64,000 nucleotides of DNA from Bugula neritina (Eukaryota > Animalia > Bryozoa), in the NCBI GenBank assembly GCA_964035545.1, contig OZ037765.1, forward strand, positions 12,224,698-12,288,697, read 5' to 3'. The notes under the pieces were generated by a model. It was not told the origin of the DNA, ran no database searches, and saw nothing but the letters and a program-made list of their open reading frames with translations. Position numbers and translations under genes: made by a program. Within the stretch, counting starts at the first letter, position 1, and each line of letters starts with the position of its first letter. Positions 12,883 through 25,219 of this stretch are shown piece after piece.

Positions 12883-15800
12883 TCATACACGTATTTTAAC
12901 ATATCCAGTGGCTGGTTGGGGTGTACTGTTAGAGGATCCACGTTTAGAGCCTCCTGGTCTACAATGTAAGTGAATAGTGATAACCTGATACATAAGGTAC
13001 AGAAACTTCACTTTTTAGCTTGATAATCATCCCAACACCGGAGGGAGAGAACTTACTTTTATGATATTTCAATGTTAACCTCACCAACACATTTTATTTA
13101 CCACTAAAATGTATAGACAGTTTGCACATTAAGTTAAGAAGGATGGCATTAGATAATGGTGTAGGATATGTTAAAGGCATATGAAGTTGTCTTCCCGAAT
13201 TGACAAGATAAAAACCAAATACTACTGAGTGAAGCACATAGCAATCATCCTCCACTATTGACTGCTATAAGTGTGTGATAGCCAGCACCCTTAAGAAAGA
13301 GCACTTTCTACCACCTGTTACCCGGTGAAAATACTCAGTTAAAATGTCTCTTTCACTCAAAGTTAAAGTAGCATTGGGAAATGCTGTGATGAATTAAATA
13401 GCAGTGCCATTATTAATGAAGTTTGAATATATATTAATATTAAAGAGGCTCAAGCACAGCTGTTTTTAAAACAAGTGATGCTTTGTTACAAAACACAAAA
13501 AGCACAGAACTTCAAGCTGCACAAAATATGCATCAAAACTACGTGTACATTAATTCTATAGCGGATAGCAGAGCAATGCAGTGTCCAAACTTCCAACTGA
13601 AAGATTCAACTACCGGATTCTAACAGTCTCAACCAAGTATTGTAGTAAGAAAATCAACACTTGAAACTAGTAATTGTAATATTAATAAAAATGCATGCAA
13701 TACAATAGTAAAACACAGTATTATCCTAGCTACAACATGAACCAACAACTCCAAATAAAGCTCAATATTGCTACATTTTCTAAAAGTTATGGGGAAATTG
13801 TCAGAGTATGAAACACATGCATGCATCCATTGAGCAGTTCTCTCTACAACCACACCACCCTAAGCTGACTACTTCTTACACCTAACTAGACCAAGCAACC
13901 TATTAGCACCAGCAAACCGGGACAAGCAGCGTATGCTCACTGTTATGTAGTACTTCTGGTAAACCAGGCTCTCCAGGCAGCTGAAGCGCTGCCCCCCTCA
14001 CTACCATTCTGTTGGGCAGCGAATAATGCGGAAGTAGAATTCAAACCCACCGATGAAGGGGCAATCAACTTATCCCTAGTATGACAACACAACAGCAATA
14101 TAACACATACCATATACACAGTAGCAAGGCTCAACATAATATTAGCTTCAATGTCTACTCTATTCACAACACAGATATGGAAGTCTCTTACTATCGCAGA
14201 GACTGATGTGAAGATAGCTACTGAGAATAAGTAAAAAATATAATGGATTAATACTTGTACGATAGAGAAGGCGTGGGTTGGCATGGAGTAAATAAGCATA
14301 GTGACACAGTAGCTGTGGTATAGATAGACAAGAAACCTTTAGAATTACAATGAATGGTAGTAACAGTGGGTGAAGCCTACTTCTGTGTACAAACCAACAC
14401 CATAGAGCAGCAAACATGTAAAAGAGGATGTAAAAAGTCACCTGTATTTTATAGAGCCTGTCAGATGTTGATTCCTAGCAACAAGCACAAGTTTGTAGAA
14501 GACAATTTATGCAACAACATGATTGCTGACAGCACAGTTACTAAGCATTGTAACAAATATCTATATATCTCTATACTTTTTATACACTCAAGAGCCTAGT
14601 AAGAATTTTTAAGCAATCAAAGGTGAGTTGAATGACACGACATTACTGTACAAAATAATATCTTATCCATCATTCAAATTATAATATAATTTATATTTGA
14701 GCTTCCTGTTAATTATTAAAACAAATACAATACAATGCATCAACTGTCAAATGAACAAAAATATATTATATTATGACATAAAACGAGTAGTGGAAGTATC
14801 ACTATATTATTGCTAAATACTTGTGTATACCAGCAACTGGAAAGCCAATATCATGTAAACAATATAATAGGAACTAGTCATACCAACTACTAATAAATAT
14901 TGCCAGTATTGGAAAGTGATGATACAATGAAATCAATATAACAAACTATTTCATCAGTCAGTAGAGGCAACAGCATGGGTGTGCTCTTGAAATAATTAGC
15001 TAGTCTCACACACACCTGCTATGAGCTGCCAGTAATTTACATCCTGAATAATTACATTCACATGCCACTGCATTCACACACTGACTGTAGAGAAAGTTAT
15101 GTATGTAATAGAGCAGTGCTCACCTAGCTTTAGTCATGGGACTCTGGTCTTTCACTGTATTCTTTACAGCGTTAAGTTTGGTCTCCAACGCCCCCACCTT
15201 ACGCAGCAAGTCTCCAACTATATTTAGGGCTGATATTCGAGCTGTCGGTGTGAGAGGTGTAGTGGTGCTCCCTGCCAACCCATCTGTATAGACACACCAT
15301 TTATAGTTGCATCACTTAAGCTATAAAACTCACCGAGCATCTAATACAGCATCACAATAGAGAACACTAAGTAAACAGGTTTACAGCTACTCACTTCTAT
15401 GGGGTACAGGTCTGCACGGTGTAGTTGGTATACTACTCTGTGATTGGTCTTTGTGAATACTATTTGGAGGTACTGGCTGATGGTTAGTTGATGGTTCAAC
15501 TTTGACTTCTGGTTTTACTTTGACTATTGCAGGAGCTTGGGGCGTCGTTTCTGGTTCTTCTTTCTTCTTTTTGGAAACATCAAGTTCTTGCTGCAAATCT
15601 GGAAATGTTTGGAGAGAATATAACAACCAGCAAATGGACTGCTGAATATGAGCATGATGGATAATAGTCAGTACTACTTGAGGTGTAACTAAGCCTAATG
15701 GATATGATAAGATCTAATGTTATCCAAAGTACTAACACATTACTTGATAATATATTCATCTAGTTAAATGGGAATACCCAGATGCTATCTAGATAGCTAG

Positions 15801-18800
15801 GGGCTAGTGAAATACATTTAGTTCAAATATATTATACTCAAGTTGAAGAGATATGCCACATCTACAATAGCGAGTCCACAGGGGAAAAATAGACTGCAAG
15901 TTCACCTATAGTCTATACTCTATAGTCTATACTCTATAGTTTATAGTCTATACTCTATAGTCTATACTCTATAGTTTATAGTCTATACTCTATAGTCTAT
16001 ACTCTATAGTTTATACTCCATACCATTGCCTGTTGTATGAATAACAGACATACACACCTCGGGCCTCGTCTTTCAATCTCTGTACACTTTCCATGAGGTA
16101 ATCTTTGTCATCCAGTTCTGACTCGAGGAATGCATTTCTTTCTATTGCTTGATTGAGTTTAGCTTCGAAATCTTGTAGTGATGAAACTGTCTCCCTAACA
16201 ATACAGTAGCAATGGGTTAGAATTGGGAGAAACAGGTGGCTGGGTGTGATATGTCTACATGCATAGCATTACCAGCAGCTTAAAGACCTGTCCACATTGT
16301 CCAAATGTGGACAGCTTCGTATGTTTAGTTCTGAACTGCTGCCTGGCCGTAAGTGAACTGTACTTTTAGAAAACTAACCTAACATTAAACTTTGAGGTGT
16401 CATGGACAAGTTTTATAGAGTTTAATATTGTGTTCAGCTACTAAAATAAATTACTTTTTCCTCTGAATTCGCTCATATTAATCCAAGTTTTAAAATCATT
16501 AAATCTTTAAATAATCCACCTAATGTTACCATAAATCACCAGCTATAAGGTGTATTCAACACTCAGCAGTAGACAAGTATTAGAGAGCTAATAAAGATGG
16601 AGGACTGAACATCTTCTAGCTACACTTGATGCAACTGAAGAAATTAATACTCTCAAACTGAAATTTCTCTCTCAAGTCCATCGGATGTAGCGATGTAGCG
16701 AGATCTATTTAGCAAGGGCTCACTGAGTTACTCAGCAGAAGCACACGGTAAACAAGCTCCAAGATTGGACAATCCTTCACTATCATGCTTACAATTAAAT
16801 TCTACAAAACCCAACAGGGATGTGTACTGAGTAGCAGGTAATCGATAGGTGGAACTTGCAAACTGGAGAGATACTTGTTACAATTCATACACTACAAGTA
16901 GCCCACTTGACACAGAGAGGTGTTACCATGGAGACATACAATGCTAGTCAATCTTCTAGTAAACATGAAACACAGGGAGATCAGCCTGAAATCACATGGC
17001 AGACAACTGACCATCATATGATAGTGTGGACTGACGGAATGAGAGAGAAACTGCTACTAATCTATTGGCCGGAGGAGGAGGAGGAGGAGAGAAACATGAC
17101 TCAACTGCAAGGCAAAGAGCATCCCTTTGGATAGTAGTGGAACATAATAATATTATGATGGTGGCCCTGATAGTTGTCTAAAAATACTCTTTGCATGATA
17201 GTAGCTGGGCACAGAGGTAGTGCTAGGGTGATAGTCTCTCTATACTGTTATATGATAATAGAAATACAGATCAATGTGCAGTTTCATTGCAGTAAGTGTA
17301 GCTATAGACGAAATGTTATAACTGATTGGTGTCACTTTTTGTGAATTAAAACTTTAAAACAAGTTGTTTTCAGTTGTTCATAAAATCCCATTTCCTTAGC
17401 GGGTTGGTGATTTGTGTTCTAACTATCTCAGAATATAAAGAACTAGCACCTTAACTGATGAAAGTGTTAGTAGGTGCAAAGTGTAAGTTACATCTCCAGG
17501 CTGATTTACCCTTACCTTTCCCACACATCAAATAAACATGTGAATACTATGAACCAGCCTACTAGTACAGTATAGTACAGTATAGTATACTGTATAATAT
17601 AGTGTAGTGTAGTACAGTATAGAGTGGAGACTGTAGTACATGTAGCATAGTATAGTTATATACTACATATAGTATACTAAAGTATACAGCAGAACTAACC
17701 TTTTAGCTCTTTGTAAATCATCATTTGTCTGTTCTAATTCTCTGATATATTTTTCTAGTTCCCTTTTATAACCCTGCAGCTCTGCTAAGTTTACTTGGAG
17801 ATCACTGATCTGTTTTGTGTCTGAACTGTGCTGCTCTTCAAATCTTTCCTGTTGAGAAATCAATGGATTTACCATGGAGAATGGAACGCACATCATGGAT
17901 AGCAGTAATGTCCATTACACACAGAAAATGTACACATATTATACTTATGTTATGTGGTTACCACTTCCTGATGCATATCAAACCATACACAACTAAAATG
18001 AATCATTCTCATATAAGTACATGGAATGAACATACATACTGCGAGCTACTAACTGAGCTACGCAGTATGCATGTGTATTACAGTATACCAGTTATGTATT
18101 ACCATGTAACACGTATGCTACACACTGAACGCTCTATTTATTTAAAGAGCATCAACCTGGAAGGGTGCCAAGTATCTGGATGCTAAAAGGAACCTACGTT
18201 AGCTTCTTTCACATTCTTTCCTTTCACTACTAGATGTTACTGATTCAGCTATTGAATGAGTGAGAGACATTGTGATACCCTTATACCAGCATTACAGCAT
18301 TCATCTTAAACTCTCAGAATGATGCTAAGGTATATCCAATCATTATATTATTTTTATGGGAGATTTTTAAATTTTAAAATCCATTACAACTATGTGAATT
18401 AAGGTGAGATACCCTAATAGAGTCCAGATCTCCCTGCAGTCTCTCGTTTTGTGATTGTAAATCATTTACTTTCTTTTCTGACTGTTCTAATTGTAATTCC
18501 ATTTCAGATTCTAATTCCTGACTGCTTTGTTGGTATTCTTCTAGTTCTTCCTTCGTGTCCTGCCATCTAAAATCCACCACGTTTCACTGCATCAACAAAT
18601 TTGGCCATTTTGTAAAAGTTGCATGCACACCCTGTACTAATCTAATGGAAACACAATACCTCAACTCTATAAATCCTCAACATTTACACTTCACCAACTG
18701 TAAGGAATCCAAATTTCTTTAAACTTCACTGAACACAAGTATCTTGTATCTATTTTATGGAATGTTAAGTCTATCAATATAAGCTTACAAAAACCCTGTG

Positions 18801-19319
18801 CCCAGTGCTTTCTATGCAGGTACAAAAGTATATGTAGGTTTTTAAACCTGCGTGTACCGGAAAAATGTAGCCCATGCAGTTGAGCACTAGCATTCAGTGA
18901 CAAATCAATAGGCTTTTTCTATCAATTAACTAATGAGAGTGCATATTACAAACATCAATTAAAAATAGAGTGTTTTCTAACCTGATTGTAAAGAAAATAA
19001 TAAGTTAAATGACCCCTTTAGCTTAGTGAATACAGAATTGAATAACTATAGAAAACCTGTCCCCTAGATAAGTGCTGGTCCAGAGAAAAATTGAAAAACT
19101 AATAAACATATTAACATTACCTAGTGATTAAAATTGCATTCTTAAGAATAAACCCCAAATGAATATTGCACAGCAAATGATGCATGATTAAAGTGAAAAC
19201 ATCAGCCATCACGCAATTGCCAACTAACAATTGAACTGATATATATATAGTAGGACTCACTTCTGTTTATATTCCTGAGCTAAACGTTGCCAGTAGGCAG
19301 CGTCTTCATTGGAAGACAT
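12883..19319 (-). CDS. NDEL1: Nuclear distribution protein NudE homolog (NDE1/NDEL1 family)
   Basis: Minus-strand exons 19319-19261, 18566-18413, 17848-17700, 16194-16058, 15598-15395, 15283-15124 and terminal 12958-12883 splice in frame. The coiled coil includes [17 protein letters not shown] and [16 protein letters not shown], and the C-terminal signature is [28 protein letters not shown]. In an invertebrate it is probably co-orthologous to NDE1 and NDEL1. Confidence 0.95.
13943..14075 (-). CDS. NDEL1: Alternative stop-containing C-terminal exon of NudE (DKLIAPSS...[11 protein letters not shown])
   Basis: Acceptor CATACTAG at 14076 is phase-compatible with the exon ending 15124. The GC-richer frame is open to TAA 13945-13943, and a GTGAGC donor lies 2 nt after the stop. 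Confidence 0.6.
14442..14474 (-). CDS. NDEL1: Candidate 33-nt symmetric cassette exon of NudE ([10 protein letters not shown])
   Basis: TTGTTGCTAG|GAATCAACAT...AAATACAG|GTGACT; phase 2-2, no stop codon. Confidence 0.45.
15906..16017. repeat. Minisatellite (CTATAGTCTATACT, 7/14-bp units)
   Basis: Directly visible tandem units. Confidence 0.95.
16800..17092 (+). mobile_element. Possible decayed RTE-like LINE remnant in a NudE intron
   Basis: QQGCVLS (16812-16832) resembles the RT motif RQGCVLSP, and [11 protein letters not shown] resembles the RTE C-terminal GRPKxTWxxT. The region ends in (GGA)n. Confidence 0.35.
17563..17688. repeat. Degenerate (TAGTA)n pentamer repeat
   Basis: TAGTA/CAGTA/TAGTG units next to the NudE donor at 17699. 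Confidence 0.8.
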
Positions 19320-21070
19320 GCTGTTTAGTTTACACCAATCGAAATAGGCCTTTCTTACTTTTGTAGAAAATGGATCAGGAATATTCCAGTGAGATTCTAC
19401 AATTTATCCAAAAACAAAATCACATTTCGCCACTTTTAAAAAAGCATGATTTTACTGACCAATTACCAATAAATGTAGTTATGAGACTAGAAATTTAGAG
19501 ATCACCACAGCATGCAGCAACTGCTGGGCTACCAAGCTCTTAAAAGTGAACCAAACATACAAATTTAGCATCTAGCAAGGGCAGAGATATGTGTGAAATA
19601 CGTCGTATAAAAATATATTTATTATGCAAGAGCAGGACTGCATACTATGTTCCATGGTCACAATAGTGTTTACAAAGTTTGTAAATCATCACAGAAACCT
19701 TTTCTAGCAATTTTTAAAAACGTATTTGCAATGCTAAACTAAAATAAAAAATTCCATCGGTACAATAAACACTTCTAATAAAACAAATGCATATACATAA
19801 CATTCTGTGTAAGTGATAAAGGTGGAAAACATGGGCTTCCAACAGTACCACTACTTAGTGTCCTAAGTAAATTATCACAGTATGAAGTGAAAATATGCAA
19901 AAATATTATGCATATAAAACTTTCTCGCCTATCCATATCAACAAATTTTGTTTTCGCTCTAAAATTGTATAGCCTGAAAATATTCTATATGAGACTGAGC
20001 AAAATACTGAAAATAGTTTTCAACAACAGTAAGTTACTACTATGGTGTCTTGTAAAATACTAATTACAACTAATTACAGAATGTAGCGTGGTTTGAGATT
20101 GAACTAGCTTATTCTTGAAGTAAACTAATAATGAGTAACACAATATTGCAATAAGTGAAATGAAAATTTTAGCTGTTGCACAATTTGAGCTAGAATATAT
20201 TTAATTTGAAGCAGAATCCAAAGTGAATATAAGCTTTACTGCCATCTGGCACTGTTTCACCATTGAAAAACTTGAGTCTCATCTATTCTAACAATGTTGT
20301 GTATTATAATTGTATGCTGCAAAGTTATATATTTTGCAAAAAATAATTCTTGAAAAAATGTGTCATTTTACCTAGCAAAATTCATTCATGACACACTTTT
20401 GTATCAGTTCATTTATGTTATGGCCTTTATTTTACTATGATGTAGAAAAATAGGTATATATTGCTAGAGTTATTTATTTAAATAGTAATTAGACAAGCCA
20501 TAAGTTACCAAACAATAAATGAGACTGAATATCAATTTCACATTTTCCATTTAATGTCAATTTGTGACATTGAAATTCTATCCCTAAACAGAGAAAAACC
20601 AAAACTAAACTTGGATTGCAGATAACCAATAATAACAGATGTTGGGATGGGTGGAAGAAAGAAGAGTATTATAAGCTGGTGTATACTCATTCTATAGATT
20701 AGATACCACAGATGGCTGCTTCCCTTATAACAAGCCTCATTCAAAAGAAAACTCTTACAATCCTCAAGTAGAAATTATTCAAATATGAAAGACAAAAAAG
20801 TCATGAAATCTAATAAAATAATGTTAATAATGATCAAGCAACTCTAAAATCAAAGCTCCTATCCCTTGACGAAAGAAGTGCTGACGGAAAACCGTGTGGG
20901 GTAGCCATGGATCATTGCTTGAGATAAGAACAACTAATCTTTATGAATGTGCACAAAAAATGAATGCTATACCAGTAATTAGAACAGCCTTGTGAGTATT
21001 AGTACTTAGCAGTAACTAGTAAGAAAATGACTATAAGTTGCAACACTAAAGGTATAACATCAACACTAAT

Positions 21071-21190
21071 ACCACTGTGTCCATTTTCAGAGTTGTACAA
21101 CTCTGAAGATGGACACAGTGGTGTCTGAAATACCAGTTACTTTGATTAATAAAGTAATAAACAAATTCTTTTTCGCTTGCCTATCTATAT
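21071..21190 (+). mobile_element. Solo PLE 3'-end remnant with hammerhead motif and 5' inversion, in NudE intron 1
   Basis: CTGAAGA(21103-09)-T-GGACAC-AGTG-GTGTCT-GAAA-TACC-AGTT...AATAAAGTAATAAA is homologous to 26386-26450. A 52-bp near-perfect palindrome spans 21071-21122. Confidence 0.8.
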
Positions 21191-21308
21191 TTAAATAATG
21201 TAATTACATTAATACTGAATTTATAATAACTACTAACAGAGCAATTCATATTAATATTAGTTATTAGTATGACAATTGAAATCACCATTACGATTATCAT
21301 TTTGTATA

Positions 21309-21442
21309 ACTAGTAATAGTAATACTAATAGTAATAGTAATACTAATACTAATAGTAATACTAATATTATTACTAATACTAATACTAATAGTAATAGTAA
21401 TACTAATACTAATAGTAATACTAATAGTAATACTAATAGTAA
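21309..21442. repeat. (TAATAG/TAATAC)n hexamer microsatellite
   Basis: Directly visible; the source of the NTNSN ORF. Confidence 0.95.
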
Positions 21443-21512
21443 ATCACTAAATGTAATACTATTGCTACTAGTACTTGCTAGTACATTACGTTCACTGCGA
21501 CTATCTGGCTAC

Positions 21513-21870
21513 CTGGTGGCAACTGGCTTTCACTTTTCTGAATCAAAATAGAGTGTGATGGCTAAAACATAAATTTTAGCTTCTTCCCTAATCAAGGATT
21601 CACAGTTCGACTCAATCACAATGACTTTACTCAGAAGTAACATTCAACTAACGATTACACGGCATCTGAAGATTACAATTTCGGCAATAATGTAACAGTA
21701 ACTAAAATGTAAATTGTCAAGTTTGACCTATAAAAAGTATTCTCTAGACATGTATGATAACTCGCAATTTTTAACGACATAAGGCACTCGACGCAGTTTA
21801 TGCCGCAACTGTCATTAAACTACTTTGTAATAAAGCCTTGACCGCATTTATATAGGAATGATTGGCCATG
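21513..21870 (-). promoter_or_regulatory. Putative NudE promoter and 5' UTR exon
   Basis: Minus strand CCAAT (21865-61), TATATAAA (21854-47) and donor CAG|GTAGCC at 21512. The NudE ATG exon is preceded by an acceptor (AAACAG|CATG). Confidence 0.45.
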
Positions 21871-22838
21871 GGAGAACAATTCTTTATATATAAAAGTTAT
21901 CAAATCCTATACCCACTATAATAAAATTGTTTTATTGAAATTATTTATTGAGAAACAACACTCAACAAGTCATTTTACAAAGCACTCAAACTGCAGGTTA
22001 CTGTAAATTTATTCTAAAGTCTAGAATCTAGACCAACAGCTGGCTATAGAGTGTAGTTAATTTCATCAAGACTTTTGTTGTGTGCAGTATAATTGTTAAG
22101 TGCGGATATGGAAATTTTTTGATTAAATTTGATATTATACACATACTATTAATCTGCATCAAGTAACTATTTATGAGCTTTGTACTAATTTATTATTAAA
22201 ATTGCTCGCTTGCTAATTTGAAATCAGGCCAGAATAGATTTGGGTCAATTTTTTCTTGTACAGACTCTTTTTAGAATATGAAGGCAATTACATGCAAGAA
22301 AATTAACAAATTTTACGCAATTGGTATGTCTTTTTAAATAATAACTTTTAGCTATAATATGCAATCTACAATCTACAAAATGTGCATAGTGAAATACTGG
22401 TAAGTTTTCTCTATGTTGTAATCTCAAGAATCAAGCAGGTGGTATTGTGTAGAAGCTACATGTATATGTTTTATAAATTATTTAAATTTGTAATAAAATA
22501 TTAGTATTTTGTTTGCTTGAGCTAAATCAAATTTCTACTAAAACTAAAGTTTGTAATTATATTTACTTTTTCCATTCAATACAACTGCATAGTAAATGAG
22601 CAGGAGCTGCTAAAATTGTTTTATTAAATTTTTTATAGCGCATGTATATTGTTGTAATGGCTGTGGAAAGTATTGTTTTCCAGCTACCAGGTCACAAACA
22701 CTTGTAATAAAAAGCGTAGTTGTATTATATTTCCAAAATGCGATAACTCTACATACTACGCTCAGTCTAACATTCTGAAATGCGGGACTTCTACGGCATG
22801 GATATGCAGCACCGCACTACTCATTACAATCACCACCA

Positions 22839-22910
22839 CCGGAAGCCCACCAGCCAATCAGATTAAACCCTCCATTTATAAGTAGCGCCTGCGGCGCCCA
22901 GCCTCAGTCT
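22839..22910 (+). promoter_or_regulatory. Orphan core-promoter-like cassette (ETS, CCAAT, TATA-like, Inr)
   Basis: CCGGAAG 22839-45, AGCCAATCA 22852-60, TATAAGTA 22877-84 and TCAGTC 22904-09 (A+1 = 22906, TATA at -29). A GC hairpin GCGCC-TGC-GGCGC lies between TATA and Inr. Confidence 0.45.
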
Positions 22911-23272
22911 CAGGACAGCTATAGAATAAACTAGTAGCTCGTGTAACTAATTTTAAATGTGCGTACCCTTTTTGTTGTTATTTGTATTTTACTCTTGTTA
23001 TAATTAGAATTGAAATATAGTCACTATTATAACGCAACCAGTTCTCGGTTTTCTTCACAAACCTCATAGTTAGGTTATGAGTCAGTAATTCAGCACACTG
23101 GTAGGAGTCTACAAAACTACAACAATATTTGCCAAGCATAAGCTTTACCCATTTATGCAATGAGTTAGTACTTGATATGCTGTTTATAAACATCTAGTAT
23201 TTTCCAACATGACTGCTAATGCAGCTCATTTGATTTATATTCAGAAATCAAAGCATCCACATAAATTCTCCG

Positions 23273-23833
23273 GCAACTTAAACATAATGCTTTCTTTCCA
23301 CAAAAATGCCTTATGCTGCAATCTACAAGAAGTTCTACACAAAATAACACTAAAAGTATTAGCAGCTACTGCACTAGTCTCTCCAGAGTCGACTATCTTA
23401 CTCAAATCACGTGAAAATTAAGTTACCTCTCAATGTATATGTGAATCTCTTTAAAGCATGTTCCTGTTTTCTGCTCTTGATTTTTAGCAAAAGTAAAAAG
23501 TGTTTGTGAAAGACTTTAAATATTTTGAATATTAGCATTGGATTCTATGCTAATATTTAACATACCTATTTAAAGTCTTTCTCAAACAGTTTTTATTTCT
23601 GCGCTAAAAACACTTCAAGAATAAAGAGCAGAAAACAAGAACATGCTAGCTTTAAAGAGATTCATATATACATTGAAAGGTGACTTAATTTTCACCTGAT
23701 TTGATTAAGATAGTCGGCTATGGAGAGACTAGTGCAGTAGTTGCTAATACTTTTAGTGTTATTTTGTGTAGAACTTCTTGTAGATTGCGGCATGAGGCAT
23801 TTTTGTGGAAAGAAGGCTTTATGTTTAAGTTGC
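23273..23833. mobile_element. ~560-bp foldback/palindromic element (MITE-like)
   Basis: GCAACTTAAACATAA...AATATTAGCAT (left arm) is the reverse complement of ATGCTAATATT...TTATGTTTAAGTTGC (right arm), centred near 23542. Mirror ORFs 23209+ and 23718- share NLQEVLHKITLKVLA. Confidence 0.85.
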
Positions 23834-23879
23834 TATAAGCAGTTTGAACTTGAGTCCAAAGTCCAAACTGCTTATAGCA
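23831..23879. repeat. Short inverted repeat abutting the foldback
   Basis: TGCTATAAGCAGTTTG...CAAACTGCTTATAGCA. Confidence 0.8.
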
Positions 23880-24146
23880 TAATTTTACACACCTGCATGC
23901 TAGACTTTTCAGTACATTCGAGATAATAGTTAATATGGTGTATAATAAACTGGTGGGCCATTCAGCCATTAGTTTACACTTTGGCTCATCACTATGCATT
24001 CTGCATTTCAAAACTAAAAAGAGCTCATAAAGTAAGTAACCCCATTATAAATTCTAGTATCATAGTCGTAAATATATGTGAGCTACATATAAACCCAGTT
24101 TAAGTAGATGTTGATCTTATTTGAGCAAAATAATTAGCAATAAATG

Positions 24147-25075
24147 TAGGGGAGGGTAGGGCTATAAGTTGAGCCAAAAATTGTGTTTTTTTGAATAAAT
24201 AAGCTTTGAAAAATTTATTGCCAATCTAGAAACCAGCACCATGAAAGTCAGTCATATATTGCCGTTTTAGTTCATTGAAAATAACTGCATAAACACTTTA
24301 CTTCCTAAGAAAAAAGCCAATTTTTTGCTTGCAAGTGTTTTGGCACAAAACAAGTTGAACTAGTGCCATTTATCTTGTAATATAAATTGTTTTTTGAGAA
24401 TATTGATACAAAGCCAGAAACAAATAAAAATAAATTAGTATAAACAAATAATAGAAACTATTGATTTGATATGTTACTCTAGCTAGCATTTACCATCTCA
24501 AAGCTAGGTGCTGAGGATGGTTTAAAAAGCCAAGCAGCAGTAGCAAACTGGTAGGCAGGCTTTTAAAAGTTGTCTTCCCATAATTCATCCTTGAACAAGT
24601 TACAGGTATGAAGTGGGGTCTCCTCAAATGGCATCAGAAAATACACCACACGGTTGAGCTTAACCAAGTTTTTTAGGTGGCTGTTTGAGAGTCCCCAACA
24701 ATGTCACATGATTCATGCCTATCGTAGTAGCAGCATACTATATGCCACTGCCTTGCTCTACTATATCCATTTCTGTAGCCAAGCTTTTTTATTTGCCCCC
24801 CTGTTGTTTCTGTATGTAATTTTGCACTGTTCTGAAAATATTTGCTGAATATTTTAAGTATAAATTGTTGACCTGCACTTTTTATTTGTTTAAGTACTAA
24901 ATGTATGTTTATATCTATATATTAATTAATTTTAATTAAAAAAGATAAATTTAAATGCAAAATTTCGTGTGCCCCATTGTAATCAATATCTAGTAAAAAT
25001 AATTAGTGGGGCAAGTTGTACCTGGCTCAACTCGCCCCATTTTCAAAATGGGTCAACTAGCACCTCACTGTCATG
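24147..25075. mobile_element. Degenerate non-autonomous DNA transposon with imperfect terminal inverted repeats
   Basis: Left end GGGGAGGGTAGGGCTATAAGTTGAGCCA; right end TGGCTCAACTCGCCCCA. Additional subterminal copies GTGGGGCAAGTTG and TCAACTAGCACCTCAC. Confidence 0.45.
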
Positions 25076-25219
25076 CTACAAATAATTGGCACTAGCAGAA
25101 GCTATTAATTATTAATGCAACCATAGAAAATATGAAATTATGAAAAATCTGGAGTTATGTGATCTAAATAGACGCCACTGAATTTCTCAATTATAGTATA
25201 TATAGTATAGTATATATAT

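Noticed and set aside
15334-15340. 7-nt AG|ATGCTCG|GTGAGT micro-exon in NudE
   Set aside because: It would frameshift the conserved C-terminal domain and leave ~50-nt introns on both sides.
23209-24011. Pair of similar ORFs on opposite strands
   Set aside because: A by-product of the foldback palindrome, with no recognisable protein.
24510-24545. CTGAGGA-T-GGTTT..AAGCC hammerhead-like motif
   Set aside because: No GAAA, stem III or NUH follows; too degenerate to call.
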